Of a DNA stretch of 44,364 nucleotides, positions 36,101-44,364 are shown in pieces. A program made the position numbers and the translations under genes. The stretch lies in assembly GCA_001655205.1 (NCBI GenBank), contig LPNZ01008929.1, forward strand, positions 1 through 44,364, in the 5' to 3' direction. The stretch's first letter is position 1. Each line of letters starts with the position of its first letter. A model generated the notes under the pieces. The model made no database searches. It was not told the origin of the DNA and saw only the letters and a program-made list of their open reading frames with translations. The DNA comes from Lenisia limosa. Taxonomy: Eukaryota > Protista > Breviatea.

Positions 36101-37997
36101 TGCCTATCGTCTTCCCATGCGTACTGTGATTGTGGAGTGAGTGGCGATACCTTGTACTCCTTATTGTCTAGACGTGCGCTTGTGATTTCGGCTACACCAC
36201 GATTGAGAACAGTACTGAGCCTTGCACCTGGTTTGGCGGTGTGTTTTCTCACTTTTCAGTTCAAGCCAGTCCTGTGTCAATGATTGCTCGGGCTTTGGCG
36301 AATGTGTTTGTGGAGTCTGCCACTGTCAGGAAGGCTACTCGTGGGTTCGTCTCGTAGTTAACTGTTCAGTGAATTGGACTGTTCCTGCAATAAAACTGGT
36401 GGCGAATTGCTCTGTGCCTCCAATTGCTTCGACCATGGAGAATGCGTGGTGGGTGCTGCTTTATCTGTTGATGAAGTAGTGTGGAGAGTGTGTCTGCGAT
36501 CCTGGGTGGCAAGGCTCAGAGCTCTGCGACTGTCCAACTGATCAGCTGGACTGCGGTGGCAATGGAACCTGGGTGTGTGACGAGTGTGTCTGCGATGCCG
36601 GATTCGAAGGCACCACATGTGCCTGTGACCTCAACAAAGAGTGCGTCCTTGGCGACAACGGCCAAGCTTGCTCCGGTAACGGCATCTGCGAATGCGGGCA
36701 TTGTGTGTGCGAGCCAGGCTTTGGCCACCACCCAAACAGGACCAATGAGGACTGCTCATGCTCACAAAGCACGTGCGCATCTCTCTCCATTGATGTGGGC
36801 GCATGCTGTAGATTGACCTTTTAGCTGGAGTGCTCCGGGAACGGAGAGTGTCTTTGTGGCGAATGTCAGTGCAATGAGGGTTTCTCAGCAACCAACCTTC
36901 TCCTGCCGACAGATTGTGGTTGTGACGACTCGCTACTTTGCGACCAGTTTGACTACTGCAACGCTGGTTTGCAATGTTGCAGCTCAACTTACTTTCAGAC
37001 AAGGGACACGGGACCTGTCGCTGCAATCAGTGTGAATGTAGCAGTGCATGGAGTGGCTCCAATTGCGACTGTTCAACAAAGTCTTGTCTCTATGACTGCT
37101 GGGGGCAGGGAACGGTATGCCAGTGTTGCTGCTAACGCTGCAGTGTGTTTGTGGAGAGTGTCAGTGCAACAGCGGCTTCGGTGCGGACCCCTTGACCCCT
37201 GATGCGCCCAACACGTGCTCTTGCGTCCTTGATAAGGAGTGTCAAACTTTGGACATTGTTGACGATGTCTCGGGGTATGACCAAAGACGAGCTGACGGTT
37301 TAGCAACGTGACGTCATTGGTGTGTGGAGGCAAGGGCTCGTGCGTCTGTGGGCGCTGTGATTGTGAGACGGGTTGGGCAGGAGATGTGTGCGACATCTGC
37401 ATTAGCATGGACTGCCAAGAGGCCGCCGTGGTCGACTGCAGAGTTCAGGAGTCTTGCGGCGCATGCACAGTATGTCTTGTTTGCTACTAACATCACTAGA
37501 GTGTGGACTGTTTTTGGTGCTCAGGTGAATGCGGTGACGCTGATTACTGTGAAGACAAGGTACGCGGTAAACTGACCTCACGCCTAGGTTGTGTCGGAAT
37601 GTGTGGCAGAAGCTGTTGTCTCGGAGGAGGCGGTGGTGGTGGTGTCGTTCACGGCAGTACTAGGTTTCCTTGGCCTCGTGTCAGCTGCAGCCATTTTCAA
37701 AGGAATTCAGGTGGGTTCCTGCCAGGCCTAATGTTGTAGACGGCTCGCAACAAGCGACAATGGAACAGGTTCAATGCAGCAATGAAGGAAAAGCAATGGG
37801 ATAACAAGGGTAGGAGGTCCTTTATCGTCAAGTCACTCTTTAGAAAATGTGCTGTATGAGGGTGAAGTCGGAATGACCACCCAAAACCCTCTTTATGGAG
37901 TAGGTTATAACCAAGTCAAATGCACACTGACATTCAGGATGAAGCCTCTGTTGAGGGAGATAATGTCGACACTCTGTCCATTTTGAAAGAAATTTAG
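30182..37997 (+). CDS. ITGB: Giant integrin beta chain (~1,900 aa, ~53 introns); symbol is family-level only
   Basis: Signal peptide MGALRLMSLILFLFSVAFFVTEIG. PSI (SCSLY...RCDVCLLNPECGWC). Beta-I domain DLIFVEDLSDSFENDL, LRLGFSSFINK, ILLLSTD, DFPSLFKL, SDSSNIFEAIQDAF. Hybrid domain, ~34 I-EGF repeats, TM VVVVSFTAVLGFLGLVSAAAIFK, and tail ...QWDNKENVLY...NPLY...LKEI*. One N gap (35428-35542). Confidence 0.96.
30303..30378. repeat. 38-bp tandem duplication inside beta intron 1
   Basis: tgatgtcgtccacctctttattcatgaggtcttcattt followed by tgatgtcgtccgccactttattcatgaggtctttatta. Confidence 0.9.
32410..37400 (+). other. Array of ~34 integrin-type EGF (I-EGF) repeats (beta leg)
   Basis: Hand count of the repeated xC-x(n)-C-x(n)-C-x-GxGxCxCGxCxCxxG(W/Y/F)xGxxC unit after splicing. 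The count may shift slightly because of the gap. Confidence 0.9.
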
Positions 37998-38477
37998 GGA
38001 ATTATCTCAGGTAGTAATATTATGTACATTAGCCTCATGTTATTTTTCTTCTATTTTGATACATCTTTTCGCTTTTCTGGCCACCTTTGGTGAATAAGTT
38101 CAAAAATGAGTACAGTTTCAAGCACTGCCCAAGTGCCCAAGTCGTGTTAGTCAGGGGGGGGGTGAGCAGCTGGCGGTGGCGAGACAGGGTGATCGACCTA
38201 TCCAGACTGTATTCACTTGGTATTCACAGGCGGTGATGATGACAAGTGAACGTGTGATACTGATAAAAGAAGACTAACAAAAACCTTGGTGGGCGACCGG
38301 TTTTTTTTTTTCTCCGGACTTTCTGTTTCTAGGGTGAACACCCCCCCAGATTATTGATACATTAAAAAGTTATCAGGAAAAGCAGGAAAGAGCGAAAGAG
38401 CAAGGAGTAAGTGTGCAGGAAGGTGTATAAGTGTATAAATAACTTGGTAAGGTAGATATTCTTGATAGTCGGTTGAG

Positions 38478-40252
38478 ATGGATATGCTTTCTGCTTGCCA
38501 TAGCTTCTTTGAGGAGCCTGTTCTTCAACATTGTTTATTGACGATTGGAATTGTTGCTGTTGCTGTAAGCAGATTTTCAATTTTGACCTCATTTCTCAGT
38601 TCTATTTCCTTAAAGTCATCCGCTTTGTCTATTCCGAGTTTTTAAGGCCAGCCCAAAACTTAAGGCGTTATGGAGGCGATTATGTTGGTATGCAGTCCCC
38701 TTCCCCCTTTCCCCTTTCACAACCGAACCTCTCTTCTTTGAGTGTATTGAAGACCCCTTGTGTTTCCCTAATCTGAAAAGGTTGTTACCCTCTCACACTG
38801 CAGTGATCACTGGTGCTACTGACGGTATTGGCCTTGGCTTTGCCCATGTTCTTGCTGACAAGGGACACAACCTCGTGCTCATCGCAAGAAACCAGAACAA
38901 GCTCAATGCTGTCAAAGCTGAAATTGGTAGCTTGGTTCAATCTACCTTCATGTTCTCATTATCTTTTTTATTTGCGTTCTAACCTCCCAGCCCCTCGCGC
39001 TCGTGTTACCGTTGTTAGTATGAGGGGGGAGAGTATGTTTTAAATGGGTGACTATTGAGAGACAACGTGTAGTACATGAGATTACGTCACCTACCAATCG
39101 ATAATCCCCAATGACCATCAAGCTATCTGCGCTGACTTTGCCAACATGAATGAGGCAGATTGGGAAAAACTTGAGTCCCAGCTTTCTGGAAACATTTCTA
39201 TCCTCAGTGAGCTTTGTTGCAAAATAAGATGATTTGTTGAAGCCATGTTATTCCTTTTGTGCATTCGTTAGCTAACTATGCAGTCAACAATGTTGGAACG
39301 AACGTTGAGTACCCCTCCAAGTTCCTGGACTCTCCCGTTGAGATGGAGAAAGTGGGGCTATTCTTTTGAAATCACCTTTTCAGATCATGCATGATGTCAA
39401 TGTCGTCTCCATGCAAAAGATGACGCGTATCGTCCTCCCTAAAATGATCAACCGGTTTGCCCCGTATTCCTCGCTTTTTTTTTTTCTCTTTTTTAATTTC
39501 GAATGTAAACATCTTCTTCGTTTGTCCCCTCCCCTCATTGGATTTGAGTTAACATGTTAGTCGCCAGGGTGCCATTATCAACCTGTCATCAGCAATGGCC
39601 CTCTCGACAATGCCGCTCTTTTCGCTCTACGCTGGTTCCAAGGCCTACACCAGGTCCTTCACCAAGGTCTGAAGAGCCTGCTAGATGACATGAAGTAATA
39701 AGCAGTAATTTGACCGCTTAGGCCCTCGCCGCCGAGGTTAAGTCTTATGGCATCGATGTCATGTGTGCGACGCCCTACTTCGTCGTAAGAGGGACCGCAA
39801 TTAATGTCCCGTGATTTAACGTTTCAGGTGTCTCAGCTCTCTAAAATCCGCAAACCTTCCCTCACCGTGCCCACTCCCAAGTCTTTTGCCAAGTCCACCC
39901 TTGGTCACCTTGGATACACCGATGAAACTTGCGGATTCTGGGCCCATACTCTCATTCGGTTCGTTCTCTTGTATTACCATTTTCCTTCCTATTGTACATA
40001 CACACATATATTGTCCTTTTCTTCTACTTTTTTCTTCCTATCCCTTTCTCAGACTTTTTCCTTCTGACTCTCCAGTGACGTCATTAATGGACTTCCTGAG
40101 TTCATTGTCACCGGTCGCGTTAAGGCCATGCATGAGGACATCCGCCGCCGCGCCCTTGCCGTGAGAGAGTGTCTACTTTTAGTTTTTCATTTCATGCCTG
40201 TTTTTGTGATCCTATTTAGAAGAAGGCCCGTATGGAGAAGAAGGACGAGTAA
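38478..40252 (+). CDS. HSD17B12: Very-long-chain 3-oxoacyl-CoA reductase / 17-beta-HSD12-like SDR
   Basis: N-terminal hydrophobic anchor, VITGATDGIGLGFAHVLADKG, VNNVG, catalytic YAGSK, YGIDVMCATPYFV, PTPKSFAKS, C-terminal KKDE* (ER retrieval dilysine). Confidence 0.9.
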
Positions 40253-40311
40253 TTTGTTGATGGATTGGTTAGGAAGAAGGACGAGTAATTTGTTGTTGAT
40301 GGATTGGTTAG
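40237..40311. repeat. 36/39-bp tandem duplication covering the reductase stop codon
   Basis: gaagaaggacgagtaatttgttgatggattggttag repeated, second copy with an extra ttg. Confidence 0.9.
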
Positions 40312-40399
40312 GAAATCAGCAGGAGGAAATCAGAATAAATATCAAATCAGCTAATATTACATAATACAAGAAACACACATCCTTGAACCATGACGAGAA

Positions 40400-42640
40400 A
40401 GACTTCACTTTTTGATGATCATTTTCATTCGTCTTCGTCTTACCCCTAAAGATCTCTTGGCTTTCTACAACAATGAAAATTAGGCATTTGTGTCAACGGA
40501 CCCCCCTCCTCACATCTCCAGAAAGGTGATTTGTGGATGATGGGGCGTCTGAAAGGTTATTAGAGACAAGAGAAGATAAACAGAAGGGTTATTAGAGACA
40601 AGAGAAGATAACATAGTTCCACTCAAAACCGAGGATAGTGGCTTTCTTGAAGTGCCCGATGATAACTGCTTATGAAAACACACAAACAAGAGTTTTAACA
40701 ACAAAAAAAAAACAAAGCCCCGTATTTGAGTTGGTCCCTCAAGAGTCCCTCAATCAAGGACACTTTTGTATACAGAACAGTAATGTAGTATTTAATAACG
40801 ATAGATAATAAAAGAGAAATATGAAGCTAACCATATGTTGTTTGTGGCTGTTTTGGTTGGGTGGCTGGTAACACAGTCTGCCCAGTAGCCTTACAAGCCA
40901 TCTACAATGTAAGCCAGTTGCTCTACCAAACACTGTCAGGAAATATGTTACTTCAGTATTTGAATTGATTGTTACTAATGCAAAAGATTCAACCATGGGG
41001 GGGGGGGGGGNNNNNNNNNNNNNNNNNNNNNNNNNNNNNNNNNNNNNNNNNNNNNNNNNNNNNNNNNNNNNNNNNNNNNNNNNNNNNNNNNNNNNNNNNN
41101 NNNNNAAGGGAACTGTGTAAATGACTCACTCGACTCGCAATATGCTGGACGGGATTACTATCACGCTTGTCATCATGGTGAGAATGGATTATTGACGCAG
41201 GGGGGAATTGGTTCCTGAAGTCAGGAGACTGTGTGAATGTCGTGCTCTCATTTGTCATCTGTGTCACCTAAGGGCAGTCATTTTCTTTTATCAGACGAAT
41301 TTCATTGGTCAGCTCCTCCTACCTGGTAGCTGGCAGCAGACACTTGGGTTGTCGGCTTGGGGACAGCCATGAAGGCTACAGCCATTTTCGTGGCTTTTCG
41401 GTGCTTCATAGAGGGGGGCGGAAGTGTATCCAATATCGACACTAGAGGGAATGAAATGTCTTGTCACTTGGGAATTGAAGTTGGAATGCAGAAAAAAAGG
41501 AAGTCATATCTATCTCGCATCACTCCAAACCTGGCGCGGGTGTCTGGGAGAGAACGGGGCTTTGGCTGATGAGGTCATCTTCAAAATCAGAGTCTGAGGA
41601 TTCTGGGGGGGAATAAATAGGATTAAACAAAATATATCATATATCAGATGTATCATCAAAATACCCAGGACAGGGAATATTCATCTAAATACCCAGGACA
41701 ATATTCAAGTGGGAGACACACCCTTATACCCTGTTTTGATGAGGTAAGCGAATCAGAACTGAGACTCGAATAGCTGTCAACCTGAGTGCCTGGAGGAATA
41801 GCAGCTAACAATGTCACATGACAAGAATAATGAGACAAAAAATCTAAAAAAAATACCACATACCATCAAGAGGCTGACTGTTAAGCTTCTTATTAACGGT
41901 CCATTTTTGTGGGGGGGAAGAAGGCTCAGAATCTCGTGAAGACTAACCGATTATTCATCAAAATGCTTTTTGGTTTGCAAAGGTTTCAATTTTTAGTTTT
42001 ATATCTAGAATTTTTTTATACTTGATACCATATTGTATTACATATTATATAGCTATTATATATGATCGATATATCATGTAGTATATAGTACATAAAATTA
42101 TTTGATGTAGTACACAAGACATACATAATACACACATACATACATATGATGTGTTTTCTTGCTCTCAAAAATAGAGACTTATGAACAGGAAACTCACTTG
42201 GGATGAGAAAAAAGACGCCATTGCGGGTTTAGTGAGAGGCTGTTCGCTTGTTTTGGCAATTTGCTTTTTGACAGAACGATATTTGTTGTTATCCCGAGGC
42301 GGTTTAGGGTTCTTTTGAGGCACCCGTGATAGGGTCGGTTTTGGAGCCTCCTTCTCCAGGCTCACCTTGCACTCACTTGTGGCCTGGATAGTTAGTCTGA
42401 AATGCCTTGCTTACATCATGAATCTAACAGCAAACCTGGGATGGTAACGAAAGATGGAAAGATGATTTCGATGAAGGTGCTTGGGAAAGAAGGTTCGATG
42501 ACACCTGGAACTTGGGCGTGTTTCGTGATTCCTGCTTTTGTTAAAAATCTTAATAATTTCGCAGGTTATTCGCGGATTTCGCGGAGTATTCGGAATTGTT
42601 CTGTTTTGCGATATTTTTCGCTCGCTTCGTGCGCCTCTCA
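40400..42640 (-). CDS. Hypothetical Ser/Pro/Lys-rich multi-exon protein (ends uncertain)
   Basis: Exons with GT/AG edges, e.g. SLEKEAPKPTLSRVPQKNPKPPRDNNKY, SSDSDFEDDLISQSPVLSQ, VTQMTNESTTFTQSPDFRNQ. Interrupted by a gap. No family recognised. Confidence 0.4.
40555..40611. repeat. 25-bp direct repeat, period 32 bp
   Basis: ggttattagagacaagagaagataa at 40555 and 40587. Confidence 0.9.
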
Positions 42641-43180
42641 CATTTTAAATATGAAAACAGCGAATTGTCTCCGCCACACAGTAACATTTTTTGTTGGCTT
42701 TTTTGCGGGTTGCTACAACTTTCTTTATCTCTCTCCTTGCCTCTATTTTATATTGCAAAGCGAGATGTGCATCAAACTTTTGGGGTCGAGTCTTGCACAA
42801 GTTTGGTTTTTTTTGGAGAAAAAAAGAAAAAAAAAAAAACAGAAGAAAAAAAAAAGAAAAAAAGAAGTGTTCTCTTTTTTCTTTTTTGGGTGTTCTCAAA
42901 CAATTTCCTGATCTCTATCTATTGCTCTCTGAATTGATTGTTATTGAAAGATACAATCATTTGAAAAGAGAAAAGAGAAAAGAGAACGAGATGCATTGAA
43001 CATTGAGAAATGAGGAATTTGCCCCAAGAAAGTATCCGAATCTCCAAATCCATCCAATCGTGGTGGCGGATATTTGTTGGAATAAAAATACTTATGTGTG
43101 CAATAGACGCTCAAGGCGGGAAAAGAAACAGAAGCTCTTCCTACAATCCAAAATAACAAGCTGAAAAAAAGAAAAAAAAT

Positions 43181-43232
43181 CGCTCCTAACTGGGCTCGAA
43201 CCAGTGACCTATCGGTTAACAGCCGAGCGCTC
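43181..43232 (-). tRNA. trnN: tRNA-Asn (GTT), 5' part lost in an N gap
   Basis: Reverse complement GAGCGCTCGGCT-GTT-AACCGATAGGTCACTGGTTCGAGCCCAGTTAGGAGCG shows the anticodon arm, T-arm ACTGG/TTCGAGC/CCAGT and the acceptor 3' strand. Confidence 0.9.
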
Positions 43233-43477
43233 NNNNNNNNNNCGACAAACTTTCTAATAAGTTCAGAACAGTGAACAAAAAAAAATCCGAATTTTTGCTA
43301 AAGAAATTTTCCATGAGTACCTGACGTACCTCACCTCTCCCACCACCTCACTTACCTCAACTTTGTCTTCCAGCCTCACCCATAACCAGCCTACCAACTT
43401 TACCTTTTCTTTCCCTCATACCTCCACCTATTCGATTTACAACAATTGAATATCATCCCTATTACATTATTATGTGA

Positions 43478-44251
43478 TAGGTGAAACCTATAAAACGGTT
43501 TGCACTTCGTGAACAGATCACCATCCCGCCGCCTCGCTCTAGTCTGTTTACCCGCTGCCCAGACCGCCCACCGCCNNNNNNNNNNGATAATACATTTTTT
43601 GTTCTTTCAAAATGAACGTTCCGCAGCTATATTCATGGAATCTCACCTACGACTACAAGGTGATTTGAACCGAACCCTCCCATCCACACCCTCACCATTT
43701 TAGCCGCCATTTTAGCCACCCCTTCCCCTGTAACCACAGCTTGAGATCATTGCCTTAGTGGGCTCTAGCAGGTCCTACCATCCCTACTCCACTACCTTGT
43801 CGGTAGGTGAAACCCGTAAAACGGTTTGCACTTTTTTTAGTGCCCAGATCGTCCCATCGCTAAGGTCCCTCTCTTTGTTCTTGCCCTGCTGCCAGCCAAG
43901 ATCTTCGTTTTCTGCCCCACCGTCAAGGCTTCTCATCATGCCACCGCCTCAAAAAGCCTATTCTGTATTTCTTTATACTTTGGTTTTTTGTTTTGTTTTC
44001 TTTTTACTGAATGTTTTTACGATAAATACATTTCCCCGTCCNNNNNNNNNNNNNNNNNNNNNNNNNNNNNNNNNNNNNNNNNNNNNNNNNNNNNNNNNNN
44101 NNNNNNNNNNNNNNNNNNNNNNNNNNNNNNNNNNNNNNNNNNNNNNNNTTGTTCTTTCAAAAAAAAAACTATTTTAATTTCATTTTTCAATTTTTGTCTT
44201 TCCAAAATTTTTTAATGTTTTTTCGATGAATACATTTTTTGTCCTTTCAAA
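43478..44251. repeat. Degenerate dispersed repeats upstream of the tRNA
   Basis: taggtgaaacc(ta/cg)taaaacggtttgcactt at 43478 and 43804 (28/30 identical). A gat(a/g)aatacattt-type motif at ~43586, ~44020 and ~44225. Confidence 0.6.
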
Positions 44252-44364
44252 TATTCAAAAAAACGGGCACAAATGTATTTAAATATTTTGGAAGGAGCAC
44301 ATGACATCTGGACAACCCGTTGTGCCAAAATTTATAAAAGGAACTAATCTCAGTCGCGGAATCC

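Noticed and set aside
19310-36731. Long antisense ORFs over the integrin genes (e.g. 19327-19749 +, 34715-35230 -)
   Set aside because: They are shadows of biased codon use in Ser/Thr/Val- and Cys-rich exons, with no independent motifs.
16500-37997. Recent horizontal transfer of a GC-richer integrin island
   Set aside because: Both genes carry dozens of host-style introns, and the reductase exons look similarly GC-rich by eye. Only ancient domain ancestry is proposed.
38150-38320. Possible C/D snoRNA or Pol III RNA (gtgatga…ctga, T-run)
   Set aside because: The boxes are only ~30 nt apart with no terminal stem, and no known ncRNA motif was recognised.
456-40252. Alternative genetic code or stop readthrough to explain the fragmented ORF track
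   Set aside because: In-frame stops in the recognisable genes fall inside short GT-AG introns, and spliced frames are open with the standard code.
40890-40940. WAPL-like reading (CLVEQLAYIVDGL) of the last hypothetical gene
   Set aside because: Too short, frame uncertain, and no further supporting motifs.
241-44148. Poly-G/C tracts next to N runs as functional elements
   Set aside because: Most long gaps abut a G/C homopolymer, which is typical of short-read contig breaks. Tract lengths are unreliable.

Overview
Eukaryotic nuclear DNA with the standard genetic code and very dense, tiny spliceosomal introns (mostly 27-35 nt). It is most likely from a unicellular non-animal, but I cannot name the species. 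Gene models were spliced by hand, so boundaries in the hypothetical genes are approximate. Order: PSMB1 (-), hypothetical (+), Glu-rich coiled-coil protein (-), ZW10 (+), secreted protein with two fibrinogen-related modules (-), giant integrin alpha (-), 424-bp divergent spacer, giant integrin beta (+), very-long-chain 3-oxoacyl-CoA reductase (+), hypothetical (-), tRNA-Asn (-, cut by a gap), degenerate repeats. The highlight is a head-to-head integrin alpha/beta pair with a very unusual build. Alpha (~3,200-3,400 aa) has a bacterial-type N-terminal domain, a 7-blade FG-GAP propeller carrying an LNR-containing insert instead of an I domain, ~18 DUF11-like Ig repeats and a GFFKE tail. Beta (~1,900 aa) has PSI, beta-I and hybrid domains, ~34 I-EGF repeats, a second membrane-proximal PSI-like domain and NVLY/NPLY tail motifs. 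The two legs look co-expanded to similar length, the inner membrane clasp looks charge-swapped, and the next gene downstream of alpha is a candidate secreted ligand.
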